A stretch of DNA of 64,000 bases from a virus. Below are positions 54,810-64,000 of the stretch, one piece after another. The translations under genes were made by a program, and so were the position numbers. Under the pieces are notes generated by a model that searched no databases, had not been told where the DNA came from, and saw only the letters and a program-made list of their open reading frames with translations. The number at the start of each line of letters is the position of its first letter. The stretch's first letter is position 1. The stretch lies in UHGV virus genome UHGV-0076293, one strand, 5' to 3'.

Positions 54810-55661
54810 ATGTATCACCCGTATTATCTCCCGCACATTCTAGCAAATAGAGACCCTGGTTATTACTACGAACAAACAAAAGGATCTTTTAATCGGCTCT
54901 ACATTCGCGAATTTAATACTGATGAAATGACCGATGACCAGTATCTGGAGTATCTAAAAGACCTCTACGGTTTTTCAAAATCGAATAAAGGTGGCTTTGG
55001 ACGTTCCGCAGTTATTAGAGTTGGTGAATATCGTCATTTGGCTAAGCCCGTTACGTATCCTATTGTTACACGCGCTTATACATCGGATAGGCAATATATT
55101 GCTGAACTAAAATTTCCTTTACGGATAGACGGGCCACAAATTAGCGCTATAGAAGTAGAAATTCAACCAATTGCTGAAGACTATATTGAAGTCTACTTCA
55201 AGAAAGCTAAAGAGGTACTCGAGGAGGGTTTAAGCTACTATGAAGAAGGAACGATTTGTCTTCTTTCGTTACTCACGAAGGCTTATGTCACAGCAAATTT
55301 CCGTATCTCCGACTCCAGTGACTATAACACATTTACCCCCTCTAAGGCAAAACCTGTTTATTGGGACGATCAGTTAGTCGACAGACAACGCTGGCTTACT
55401 ATCTTAGATAAAGTAAAATTCGAACCCCCTAAACACACTGAAGACAACTTTATTCTATTCCACAACTTCGAACCGATCTATATTCCGACGCATTTTGAGC
55501 AAGCCTTACGTCATCGATTGAAGTATGTGTTGGAATTACGGTACGGGAAGATAAATGGGCTAACTTGTTCTGGTGAATTGAGTGAAGAAGAACGCGAGAA
55601 GATAAAAATCGTGTTTGATAAGTTGGTTGAAGATTACATTAAGAAGGAAGGACAGTTATGA
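54810..55661 (+). CDS. hypothetical protein (283 aa)
   Basis: AAGGAGGA RBS; first gene after the promoter motif. Confidence 0.7.
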   Translation: MYHPYYLPHILANRDPGYYYEQTKGSFNRLYIREFNTDEMTDDQYLEYLKDLYGFSKSNKGGFGRSAVIRVGEYRHLAKPVTYPIVTRAYTSDRQYIAELKFPLRIDGPQISAIEVEIQPIAEDYIEVYFKKAKEVLEEGLSYYEEGTICLLSLLTKAYVTANFRISDSSDYNTFTPSKAKPVYWDDQLVDRQRWLTILDKVKFEPPKHTEDNFILFHNFEPIYIPTHFEQALRHRLKYVLELRYGKINGLTCSGELSEEEREKIKIVFDKLVEDYIKKEGQL

Positions 55662-56101
55662 AACCAAATACTACTAACGGCATTATGTTACTTTGTGATT
55701 CTGAAACGTTAGCAAACCGTATTCGTGGTTTGATGCAAGTACGTTGGCAGCAAAAGGTTCGCGTGGATTATGCTGCTCCGTTTGTTCACGTTAGTTGGTT
55801 GCCAGAAGCTAACGATTTCAAAGAAAATATCACCACGAAAAGAATTAAAAATTGGTTAATGGCAATCATTAACAAACAGATTACCGTTATCAATTTCCAG
55901 TTGTTCGGTAGTAAAGAGGAACATGATACCTTAAAACGCTGTTTAAGGGGATTGGATCTTGCCTTTTCTGTTCGTGGAAATTGTTACACAGCGTTCTTCA
56001 TCGGTTCTCTCGAGTTATTTCAGGGAACATTAAACATTCAACTAAAAGAAGATTACGGGATTGTAAATAAGATTGATTTCGAATTCCCAGCAATGATTTA
56101 A
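55658..56101 (+). CDS. hypothetical protein (147 aa)
   Basis: ATGA overlap. Confidence 0.65.
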   Translation: MKPNTTNGIMLLCDSETLANRIRGLMQVRWQQKVRVDYAAPFVHVSWLPEANDFKENITTKRIKNWLMAIINKQITVINFQLFGSKEEHDTLKRCLRGLDLAFSVRGNCYTAFFIGSLELFQGTLNIQLKEDYGIVNKIDFEFPAMI

Positions 56102-56112
56102 GGAGTAGTAGC

Positions 56113-56940
56113 ATGTTACAGTTCGAACTCACCGAAGAAAGAAAAGTCGTTAACGAGTTTAAAATTTCCCCTATCCCTACCGAAAAACAAATTAAAGAAA
56201 TCGCTGAGTTACAAAATAAGTACAGCTTTTACTATAAAGTTAAATCGGAAACATTTAATATTTTCTGGACCGAAGACGAGGTCAATTTCCCTAACAAACT
56301 CATTAATGCGGCTCTAGATATTTTAGTACGGCCTGTTGAGACGTCTAAAGATCCAGAACAAACCACTTGTAGGTTGAAAGTCGAGCGCCCAGCGAAGGAT
56401 GTTGCTTACTTCACAGACGAGATTCTACTTACCTCCAAACAGGCAGGTAAAATTGGATCAATATTATACCTTTTTTACAGCGACAAATTCACTTATCTGG
56501 TTGAAAACAGCGTACTTAAAGTGAACTATGAATATGCTAGTTATCGTGTTCTTTTAAATCAACTATTGGAAGACATAGAGGGAGAAAATGTTCTGGTATT
56601 TACAGTTGAATATATTAGCAAAGCCGATGCTGTCGAGTTTATCCGCCGCGTGAAAGATGAACTCGAAGACCGTGAATTTATGATTTATCAAAGCAAATAT
56701 CTTGAAGGTAACTTGAATCTCTTGATCAGAAACGAATCATGGATTCTTAAAGTTTTGGAATCCCATGCGCAGAAAATTAAGAGAGGCAGTGATTGTTTTA
56801 AACAAATTTTCGAGAAATACGAAACGGAAATTAGACAACGGCTTGCATCCCACTGGGCCGTAGATCAGGATGTGGAATACGCCCAGCTATTTGATAAGTT
56901 TTATAACGAGATGAGGAGGGTTTGGGATCTTAAACAATAG
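56113..56940 (+). CDS. hypothetical protein (275 aa)
   Basis: AGGAG RBS. Confidence 0.7.
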   Translation: MLQFELTEERKVVNEFKISPIPTEKQIKEIAELQNKYSFYYKVKSETFNIFWTEDEVNFPNKLINAALDILVRPVETSKDPEQTTCRLKVERPAKDVAYFTDEILLTSKQAGKIGSILYLFYSDKFTYLVENSVLKVNYEYASYRVLLNQLLEDIEGENVLVFTVEYISKADAVEFIRRVKDELEDREFMIYQSKYLEGNLNLLIRNESWILKVLESHAQKIKRGSDCFKQIFEKYETEIRQRLASHWAVDQDVEYAQLFDKFYNEMRRVWDLKQ

Positions 56941-57020
56941 GCCGAAGATCATTTCCGTAAGTATTAAACAGGGGGATTTACGTCCCCTCAACACAGAGCA
57001 AACCCCTAAAGGAGCATTAA

Positions 57021-57536
57021 ATGTCAGTAAATATTAACATGAATCTTTATACTAAACGTGAACGTCAGATTCTGGCGAATCAACCCGGTGTTACGACTAT
57101 TGACGGTAAACCCATTGACCGTTTAAAAGTTATCGTTGCGCGAAATTGCCATGAACGCGATTGGGACATTACCTACTTCCGTTGTTGTTCGGTCGCAAAC
57201 GCGCTTACCCAACTCTCCAACTACCACCCAGGGCCGTTATTAAAAGACTGGGTTTGGTTAGTACCCAAAACACCTTCGGCGATTGAATACCCCTCAGGGT
57301 TAGTCTATATTCGCCCTGTTGCTTATCCAGAGCGTCTGAAAGAGTATCTTGAAGTTATCTGGAACCGTCCTCGTAAAGAGCTGCTGACGATTATTAATTT
57401 ACTGCAACAGATCGATATCCCCGGTGTTTCGAATTTGAAACTCACGTCTCGCGATATTAACCAGGCTTACTGGGAACTAGAGTGGACAGAACCGAAATTC
57501 GAAAACACTAACCGTATTTTCTTGCACCGGGGGTAA
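57021..57536 (+). CDS. hypothetical protein (171 aa)
   Basis: AAGGAG RBS. Confidence 0.65.
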   Translation: MSVNINMNLYTKRERQILANQPGVTTIDGKPIDRLKVIVARNCHERDWDITYFRCCSVANALTQLSNYHPGPLLKDWVWLVPKTPSAIEYPSGLVYIRPVAYPERLKEYLEVIWNRPRKELLTIINLLQQIDIPGVSNLKLTSRDINQAYWELEWTEPKFENTNRIFLHRG

Positions 57537-57538
57537 AA

Positions 57539-57820
57539 ATGTTAAATTGGTTGTTGGGTTTAATTAACTCACGTCAACAGGAGCTTTATAAAGAAAACAC
57601 ACGATTACGGCAGGAACTTAATAACAATCGTCAGACCAAACGACAATTAATTCGGATGGTAAAACAACAGGCGCGTTGTATACGGGATATCGATTATCAG
57701 TATCACCGTCTGAATACCTTAGACCCAACAACAAAAGCTTTAGGTAGTACGATTGGACACGCACGTAAAGTCAGTCACGATGCGTTAGTTCGAATCGATA
57801 CAATAGAAGAGAAACTGTGA
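57539..57820 (+). CDS. hypothetical coiled-coil protein (93 aa)
   Basis: start 2 nt after upstream stop. Confidence 0.6.
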   Translation: MLNWLLGLINSRQQELYKENTRLRQELNNNRQTKRQLIRMVKQQARCIRDIDYQYHRLNTLDPTTKALGSTIGHARKVSHDALVRIDTIEEKL

Positions 57821-57863
57821 TTAGCACTCCCTCGGTTTTCCCGAGGGAGATAAGGTGTTTTGC

Positions 57864-58253
57864 ATGAAGCGTTTATCTTACTTAAAAAGACGTTTGTTAC
57901 TAAAGGTCCAATTATTCATCAATGGGAAAGTTAAAAACTGGCTATGTGGTGAAAGGGTACAACGTATCGTCAGTGAGGGCGACTGGTATACGGAAATCGT
58001 GGTTTCCCCAAATGGCGAGCTTATAAACGTTACCATTCGTGACGTTTTGGTTAAGATTGGCAGGGAAGGTGGTTTGCTGTTTGAATCGGAAACTACAAAA
58101 GTCGTTGCTAAACAATTGAAAGAAGGTCGGATTATATTCAACGTTGCTGCCCAAAAATACTACGACAATTTATTCGAATGTCAACGAGCAATAGGCAGAA
58201 TGACTCGTGAGATGCGAAGAATGCACATCACGGAGATCACTATAGGAGTTTAA
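57864..58253 (+). CDS. hypothetical protein
   Basis: first ATG (track begins at a GTG at 57855); preceded by a GAGGGAG-containing hairpin. Confidence 0.6.
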   Translation: MKRLSYLKRRLLLKVQLFINGKVKNWLCGERVQRIVSEGDWYTEIVVSPNGELINVTIRDVLVKIGREGGLLFESETTKVVAKQLKEGRIIFNVAAQKYYDNLFECQRAIGRMTREMRRMHITEITIGV

Positions 58254-58255
58254 CG

Positions 58256-58564
58256 ATGGAAAATAAAATCGCAAACACAACGGCACCTGAGAACATCGTC
58301 AACTATATTCTCAGTGGCGGGTTATTAGAAGACAACAAAGAAACGTGCGATAAACTCGTTTCACAACTACTGCCTATTCGTTCAGAATACTGCGAAATCG
58401 TTATCTTAGGTTCTGAGTATTGCGTACGTTCTTACTGTCGTCGTTTCGAAGCCTTACGCGTTCCACGTACGTTAGGTGGCGTGATACTCTTAGTCTCTAA
58501 CTTTCACAGTGCACACGTTCGTGTTGCAACCTGGATTGCAAACGGTGGCGATAATGGTTTTTAA
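58256..58564 (+). CDS. hypothetical protein (102 aa)
   Basis: tight coupling to neighbours. Confidence 0.6.
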   Translation: MENKIANTTAPENIVNYILSGGLLEDNKETCDKLVSQLLPIRSEYCEIVILGSEYCVRSYCRRFEALRVPRTLGGVILLVSNFHSAHVRVATWIANGGDNGF

Positions 58565-58841
58565 TTTATTTAAACGTAAGGAATGTCTTGTCTGCGAAAC
58601 CTGCGAAAAAATTATCTCTACGCAAGATGAGCTAATCAAACAGCAAGATAAGTTGCTCACTGAAATGGGCGAACTCTATTTTAAACTTTGTGCTATTACC
58701 GAACTGGTTAGTGAAGGTGTGTTAACGAAAGACGGTGGATTAGAGTTGGTCAAGAAGGCAACGATTCACTGTCGTCCTGAAGTAGAAAAATATAAACTTG
58801 AAGTGAAACGTGAAATGTGGGAGATTATTAATGAAGCGTGA
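58554..58841 (+). CDS. hypothetical protein (about 95 aa) with CxxC motif
   Basis: internal ATG of the track ORF 58509-58841; 11-nt overlap with upstream gene; CLVCETC motif. Confidence 0.5.
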   Translation: MVFNLFKRKECLVCETCEKIISTQDELIKQQDKLLTEMGELYFKLCAITELVSEGVLTKDGGLELVKKATIHCRPEVEKYKLEVKREMWEIINEA

Positions 58842-59112
58842 AACAGTTGTATTTCGTAGTAATGGTGATGTGGTTTTGTATCGTGGTAAGAAACGTATTC
58901 GTACGTTAGAATACCGTGAAGCAAAACGTTTTGTTGAAGAGTGTGCATGGTTAATGCATTACGAAGGGAACTATCGTGCTATCTTAGAAGCTCCGCGTTT
59001 AGAACGTGCGGTTGCACAGATGGCAATAGGTAATCCTAAGAACTGTTACCTGGCCCGTAAGCCAAAATACTTACAGCGTCTTTCGTTAGGCAGCTTTATT
59101 GCTGGATTTTAA
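58831..59112 (+). CDS. hypothetical protein (about 93 aa)
   Basis: internal ATG of the track ORF 58810-59112 with GGAG RBS. Confidence 0.5.
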   Translation: MKRETVVFRSNGDVVLYRGKKRIRTLEYREAKRFVEECAWLMHYEGNYRAILEAPRLERAVAQMAIGNPKNCYLARKPKYLQRLSLGSFIAGF

Positions 59113-59118
59113 TAAAAA

Positions 59119-59170
59119 TAATTTCAGATATATATTACCTAGGTGAGAGTTCAGTTACTCTCACTTAACC
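59119..59170 (+). promoter_or_regulatory. phage promoter-like element with downstream 5'-UTR hairpin (copy 5)
   Basis: ATTTCAGATATATATTACCTAGGTGAGAGT-TCAGT-TACTCTCAC; clean 8-bp stem. Confidence 0.65.
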
Positions 59171-59194
59171 AAAACCATTTTAGGAGCATATACC

Positions 59195-59689
59195 ATGAAC
59201 TTCACTAGACTTGACTACACTAACGAATTAGTCGACAAAGAAAAATACAAATTCACCGTTGACTTGGGTTACGGATTACTGGACGTAGAAAAAGACGTCC
59301 TGCACAAAGAATTCCGTGAACAGTTCGGTGCTCTGTTCTGCGCAGGTTTCCGCAGAAACACTATCGATATCGGTTATAGCGCAACAGCGTATACCGACGA
59401 AGAAATGTTTAAGCTGGTAACACAGATTATCGGTACGCGTGGAGCCAAACGACTCAACTATTCCAACGAACTTGTTTCGAAAGAACATTACAAGTTCACC
59501 GTTAGACTACCTGTTCCCCTCACAGAAGAGGATAAGAACATCCTCTATAAAGCCCTTCAAACCGAATTCGGTAAAACGCTCAAAGTAGGGTTCCGTAATC
59601 GTAGTATCGATATCGGAATTAGTGTGGACGTGTGTAGTGACGACGACCTTTACGAATTAGTTTCGGAAGTTATCGAAAAACATCTCTAA
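59195..59689 (+). CDS. hypothetical protein with internal tandem duplication
   Basis: two ~80-aa halves: RLDYTNELVDKEKYKFTVDL...GFRRNTIDIGYS versus RLNYSNELVSKEHYKFTVRL...GFRNRSIDIGIS. Confidence 0.7.
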   Translation: MNFTRLDYTNELVDKEKYKFTVDLGYGLLDVEKDVLHKEFREQFGALFCAGFRRNTIDIGYSATAYTDEEMFKLVTQIIGTRGAKRLNYSNELVSKEHYKFTVRLPVPLTEEDKNILYKALQTEFGKTLKVGFRNRSIDIGISVDVCSDDDLYELVSEVIEKHL

Positions 59690-59735
59690 ACCTAAATTAA
59701 CACTTCGACTTGTAAATCTAAAAGGAAAAATAAAA

Positions 59736-60500
59736 ATGAAAACTATCGAATTCAAAAACAGCAACGTACGCGAGCAAGGACACATTATCACGAGCTTCCT
59801 GAAAAATTCTACACCGCATTTAGCTTATCAATTCTACGGGAACGAACTTAAGATTGCCGGTTTTGATGAAGTTGAATTAAATAAGGCAAACGAATTCATT
59901 ACCGACGTTATTGCCGACGAAGCTACCTGTTTAGTTCTGAACTTCGTTAAACCTGGAGAAGACATAAAGTCTGCCGAGAAGTTATTTATGGCAGTTTCTG
60001 AGAAACTATACGGTATCGTTGAGGTTGATAGCAATAACTATATTGTTTATTTTAAGCATTCTCCAAAGAAAAACCTCGCTAAAATCAGAGAGTTTTTTGA
60101 ACACAACCCTTCATACTGCGTAGATCTTTACACCCTCGCCTACGACGGAAAAGCACATCCTAACAACCTTATTCGTTATGACCATATTCCGCATGTACCG
60201 GGAAGATTCGAGGCTACGGAATGGTTCTTATTACACAAAGATCGGATTGCTTATTACAATTACGAAGAGATCAAAGGGATTGTAGACAAAATCAATGATG
60301 ACTACTTACAAACTCGTGAAATGTTTTGCGTGACTGTAAGAGCTAATGGTTTAACTTCATTCACTTGTGACAACCGCGTCGGTCGTCGGGTCTACGATCT
60401 GTTAATAAAGGAACTTGACAAACTTACTCCGGTAAAAGTTGGTGTTAACTATTTAAATTGGATAAAGGCGGGTTTAATTGATGAAAACTCTAAATTCTGA
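59736..60500 (+). CDS. hypothetical protein (254 aa)
   Basis: AAGGAAAA RBS. Confidence 0.7.
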   Translation: MKTIEFKNSNVREQGHIITSFLKNSTPHLAYQFYGNELKIAGFDEVELNKANEFITDVIADEATCLVLNFVKPGEDIKSAEKLFMAVSEKLYGIVEVDSNNYIVYFKHSPKKNLAKIREFFEHNPSYCVDLYTLAYDGKAHPNNLIRYDHIPHVPGRFEATEWFLLHKDRIAYYNYEEIKGIVDKINDDYLQTREMFCVTVRANGLTSFTCDNRVGRRVYDLLIKELDKLTPVKVGVNYLNWIKAGLIDENSKF

Positions 60501-60909
60501 TTTGCGTGATTACATTCGTAAATACCCAGCCAGTATTCCGGTACTGGCTTCACTCTCTTTATCGGGTATGGACCTTAATACCTTAACGGTAGAAAAATTC
60601 CACGAAGTAGTAAAATCGTCGTATCAAATTGTTACCGATATGTCAGTGCGGAAACGTGCTGACTACCCAGACGGTGATTTCGGTACAGAGATGTTCACAG
60701 ACTACGCAGTTGCGTATCTGATGGGACGTCACTTTATCGATAAACTCAATACGGCTGTAGAAGGAGAAACAGTCACGGAAATTGTCAATGCTTGGCAGCA
60801 ACGTATTGTGAGTGACGCTTACTGTCGTCAAGCCTTAAAGAAAATGTCGGCGGTAGCATTAACCAATGACCAACGTGCTTTAGAGTTCCTTAAGCACAAT
60901 TACGAATAA
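60481..60909 (+). CDS. hypothetical protein, paralog of the gene at 62097
   Basis: ATG 3 nt after a TTG used by the track; shares DLRDYIRKYP...EYPxGDFG...VxEWxxRIxSD with the gene at 62097. Confidence 0.65.
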   Translation: MKTLNSDLRDYIRKYPASIPVLASLSLSGMDLNTLTVEKFHEVVKSSYQIVTDMSVRKRADYPDGDFGTEMFTDYAVAYLMGRHFIDKLNTAVEGETVTEIVNAWQQRIVSDAYCRQALKKMSAVALTNDQRALEFLKHNYE

Positions 60910-60930
60910 TTTACCAAAAGGAAAAGTACC

Positions 60931-62034
60931 ATGTTTAATATCGAGATTACACCGCTCGTTAAAACTGAAATCCGTCCGGTTCCTGAAGCACAGTTACTCG
61001 ATCAACTTTATCGTATATTCCTGGATAAAGGTGTACATTTCCGTGCAGAACAGGTCAACGATGAAAGCATCGTGTTCTACTGGACTCACTGCAACGATTA
61101 TCTTTGCGACACTATTGCGGTGGAAATCGGTGAGTTACTCAACCCGGTAGAAACGGCCGAGACTGAACAACCGAAAGTCGATGAACAGCAGAAAGACGAA
61201 CCGCTCGTCCTCTGGTACGAAGGCGAAAAGATTAAGGATATTAAAGAGGCGTTAGAGACCTTCTATCCCGGTGATTTAGGCATTTACTGGGATAACAGCA
61301 AGCTCGTCGTTCGATTGAAGAAAGACGATCGTAACCTCATGGAAGAAGTACGTTCTATCGCCGAACTGTTCGATAACGACGCAGTTCGTCTTATTTCGTT
61401 TCATGATATCGGAAAAGAAGACGCAGATGATATCATGCGTGGTGCTGTACACGAACACAAGGGGAAAATTCGCCAGTCTAATTATGTTGACAGCACTCTA
61501 ACTGTGCTTGTTGATAATGATCCTGACGTTATTAAATGGTTCGAAGAACCGTATTCCTTTACTTACACTGGCCCAGAGGCCGAAGCGATTAATGATACCT
61601 TGACAGCTTTCTATCCTACCAAAGTAGAGACTAAACTCGAAGGTGAAAAACTCACCATTAAATGGAAATGGTGGGACGCTGCTCTCGACGAAGAAATTCA
61701 TAGTCTCATTAAAGAGATTGTTGGCAATCGTCTACGTCTTCTAACAATCACTACTATTGGGAAAGAAGATGCCGACACGCTTATGCGTGGTATCACTCGT
61801 TGGTTTCCTGAGAAAGTCCGTCAGTGGACTTACACAAACGATACACTTACCATTCTACTCAACTATGAACCCGGTATTATTGGAAAGTTAAAAACTCATC
61901 TGCGTGACTTGTGGTCAGTTCGTTTTCTTAATAATAACGAGCACTTACTCGACACGTACTTTAGAGAAATATCTTCTGGCGTAGGTTGCAACTGCCCTAA
62001 CTGTCAAAAACGTCGTCAATTAACGACTTTCTAA
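60931..62034 (+). CDS. hypothetical protein with internal tandem duplication (367 aa)
   Basis: two ~115-aa repeats, each containing IGKEDAD(D/T)(I/L)MRG. Confidence 0.7.
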   Translation: MFNIEITPLVKTEIRPVPEAQLLDQLYRIFLDKGVHFRAEQVNDESIVFYWTHCNDYLCDTIAVEIGELLNPVETAETEQPKVDEQQKDEPLVLWYEGEKIKDIKEALETFYPGDLGIYWDNSKLVVRLKKDDRNLMEEVRSIAELFDNDAVRLISFHDIGKEDADDIMRGAVHEHKGKIRQSNYVDSTLTVLVDNDPDVIKWFEEPYSFTYTGPEAEAINDTLTAFYPTKVETKLEGEKLTIKWKWWDAALDEEIHSLIKEIVGNRLRLLTITTIGKEDADTLMRGITRWFPEKVRQWTYTNDTLTILLNYEPGIIGKLKTHLRDLWSVRFLNNNEHLLDTYFREISSGVGCNCPNCQKRRQLTTF

Positions 62035-62042
62035 ATTCATCT

Positions 62043-62078
62043 AGAGGGGTGGTAAACCACCCCTCTATTATTGTATTT
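62043..62078 (+). terminator. intrinsic terminator
   Basis: AGAGGGGTGG-TAAA-CCACCCCTCT followed by a T-rich stretch. Confidence 0.75.
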
Positions 62079-62096
62079 ACCTAAAGGAGTATTAAA

Positions 62097-62528
62097 ATGT
62101 TTTTCGTATTAAAAGATGATATCCGTAACTACATTCGTAACAACCCGATTGCTCTGACTGTTTTAATAGGTTTCTGCCGCCCGAATACTGGCTTCGATTT
62201 ACTTAAGTTAGAGGAATACCAAGAGATTGTAAACACTGCCTATATGGAGATTTGCAGCTGCGGTAAACGTCCTCGTGAAGAGTATCCCGCAGGTGAATTA
62301 GGCGACTCTATGCATCGTGACCAGAATCTGATGCAGGAATTCGTTGAATACACACTGGAAAATCTTAACTATCCACTCCTGGTCGACACTGTACCAGAAA
62401 TGGTTGACGAATGGTTAAAACGTATTTATAGCGATCCTACTGCCAACAAGTTACTGAGCCAGATGTCGCAAACTTCTCGTGACATCGACACTCGTAGCCT
62501 GATGTACTTAGCACACAACGTTCGCTAA
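62097..62528 (+). CDS. hypothetical protein, paralog of the gene at 60481
   Basis: AAGGAG RBS; DIRNYIRNNP...EYPAGELG...VDEWLKRIYSD. Confidence 0.65.
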   Translation: MFFVLKDDIRNYIRNNPIALTVLIGFCRPNTGFDLLKLEEYQEIVNTAYMEICSCGKRPREEYPAGELGDSMHRDQNLMQEFVEYTLENLNYPLLVDTVPEMVDEWLKRIYSDPTANKLLSQMSQTSRDIDTRSLMYLAHNVR

Positions 62529-62535
62529 CCACTCT

Positions 62536-62580
62536 CCGCTATAGGCTTCGGTCTATAGCGGAATTAATTTTCTTTCCCTT
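62536..62580 (+). terminator. intrinsic terminator
   Basis: CCGCTATAGGC-TTCG-GTCTATAGCGG followed by a long T-rich stretch. Confidence 0.8.
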
Positions 62581-62694
62581 TTCTTTTTTGTTATTTTGAC
62601 ACCACCTTACTTACACCCTACCCGACTATTCCTATGCTGGCTGAGGGATGTAAAACGACCTCTTAAACCTTTTTACTTACTGTGAGTTAACGCG

Positions 62695-63543
62695 ATGTCT
62701 CTTACGTCAAAACAGAAACTGCTAAAACTCATCAACACTGAAAACAATATTAGTCCGCCGTTGACCTTCAGTGATGTTGATATCGGAGAGCCTACTGGTA
62801 CTGGGGTTGATACCCAGGTGGTTCTGACCTCTAAACTCAAAGGCGATGAGTCTACTACTTTAACAGTGACTTACCACCGTCGTAACTTACCTGACTACCT
62901 AACCGGTGAGTTGGTATTCGGTAACGACAGTGTGGTAACCGCATCAGATTTGCTTAATGCGATTAACGCAAAATACAACCTAAATATTTTACCCTCGGAT
63001 ATCGTTGACGCAAAAGTTGAAGGCGAAACCCATCAGCTTACCGCTAACGAGAAATCTTACGAGTGGTGCGGTGTAGTAACACTTACGCTGCGTGATCCTA
63101 TTGACCTGACTGAACTGTTACCAGTTACTCAATTAGAGAATCTGGTAGAGTATCCGTCCACTAAGAAAGGTAACGCTGCGGTTTATTCTCACCCGATCGA
63201 TTTCACCGCAGAAAAAGATTACCTTGACCCGATTACTATCAACGACACCGTAGACTTGGTCGAGTTAGCCGCTAAACTGGATGGCGTCGTTGACGAGAAA
63301 TGGGTAAGTGTGCCTAAGAACGCGACTAACAACCTGTACGGTGCGAAGGTTATTTACGATGGCCCAACCGCAGGTTACGAAGGCGCAAATACGAAGTTCA
63401 CTCGTGTGTTGGTGCTGACGCTCAGCCCGCTGTGTTCTAACCTGACAGGTAATCTGTTAATCCACTTTAACGGTACCGATCGTCCGAAGTCGAAGATTGA
63501 ATTAGCACAGACTAATCCGGTCTTACCGGGATTCTTAGATTAA
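62695..63543 (+). CDS. hypothetical protein, paralog B1 of the fibre-associated family
   Basis: N-terminal MSLTSKQKLLKLIN...TVTYHRRNL...SDLLNAINAKYNLNI aligns with the genes at 45172 and 51471. Confidence 0.65.
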   Translation: MSLTSKQKLLKLINTENNISPPLTFSDVDIGEPTGTGVDTQVVLTSKLKGDESTTLTVTYHRRNLPDYLTGELVFGNDSVVTASDLLNAINAKYNLNILPSDIVDAKVEGETHQLTANEKSYEWCGVVTLTLRDPIDLTELLPVTQLENLVEYPSTKKGNAAVYSHPIDFTAEKDYLDPITINDTVDLVELAAKLDGVVDEKWVSVPKNATNNLYGAKVIYDGPTAGYEGANTKFTRVLVLTLSPLCSNLTGNLLIHFNGTDRPKSKIELAQTNPVLPGFLD

Positions 63544-63556
63544 GAGGATTACAGTA

Positions 63557-63997
63557 ATGACCAATCAAGAAACTATCTTCGACCTTATTAAAAAGGCTAA
63601 CCCAGACGCTGAGTTCGACACCACCAAAGTCACACTGGGTGACCCGGTCGTAACCACCGGTACGTACAATACCGAAATCACAGTTGCGTCAATTAAGAAT
63701 CTCGGTTATACTAACGAACAAACGTTCCAGTATAACCGGATCGACGCAGGTTTGTATTTCCTGAACGTATTACCGAAACTGTTGGTGGAATCGGCAACAA
63801 CGACCGCTGACTTACTGCCTGTCATTAACGAGCAGTACAGCCTAACCCTTACAGAAGACGATGTATGGGTAGAGCAGGTTGGTGAGTTACCGTTAGACGG
63901 AAGCGCAATCGAACACGGTATTTTCTTCCGTCCTGAGTGTCTGACCTGGGTTGGCGGTTTTACAGTGCGAGTTGCGCGTAAACCGGCTGGGCAGTAG
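63557..63997 (+). CDS. hypothetical protein, paralog B2 of the fibre-associated family
   Basis: TFQYNRIDA...ADLLPVINEQYSLTL matches the same conserved core. Confidence 0.65.
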   Translation: MTNQETIFDLIKKANPDAEFDTTKVTLGDPVVTTGTYNTEITVASIKNLGYTNEQTFQYNRIDAGLYFLNVLPKLLVESATTTADLLPVINEQYSLTLTEDDVWVEQVGELPLDGSAIEHGIFFRPECLTWVGGFTVRVARKPAGQ

Positions 63998-64000
63998 CTA

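Noticed and set aside
1-64000. Prophage, integrase, transposase, CRISPR array or host chromosomal flank
   Set aside because: No recombinase or transposase motifs, no direct-repeat/spacer array and no host housekeeping genes. Gene organisation is uniformly that of a lytic phage.

Overview
The whole window reads as densely packed double-stranded DNA phage genome. I see no host genes, rRNA, tRNA, CRISPR array or transposon/integrase. About 85 genes are called, almost all on the + strand, with frequent ATGA/TAATG stop-start overlaps, AGGAG-type ribosome-binding sites and more than 20 intrinsic terminators. Recognisable products are dihydrofolate reductase, a RuvC-like resolvase, a thymidylate-kinase-like kinase, a Dam-type N6-adenine methyltransferase, three GNAT-fold acetyltransferase-like proteins, an XRE-type HTH regulator and a heavily codon-optimised 761-aa virion protein (probable major capsid protein). 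A receptor-binding locus at about 45.1-54.7 kb holds a 1438-aa T5 pb1-like tail fibre, a second 710-aa fibre, paralogous small genes and three poly-G tracts. A recurrent ~50-bp element (AGATATATATTAC, then GTGAGA opening a hairpin) precedes five gene blocks and looks like the phage's own promoter with a 5'-UTR stem-loop. Most proteins (about 65) have no function I can assign from sequence alone. The segment looks like a large (possibly jumbo, phiKZ-like) myovirus of an enterobacterial host, but that is inference from protein size, codon usage and the promoter motif, not a database match. No single undescribed system can be named with confidence; the strongest candidates are the promoter/hairpin element, the tandem small paralogs at 9.2-9.9 kb, the methyltransferase/acetyltransferase genes and the modular fibre locus with poly-G tracts. 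Terminator, promoter and motif coordinates are hand-counted and may be off by a base or two.
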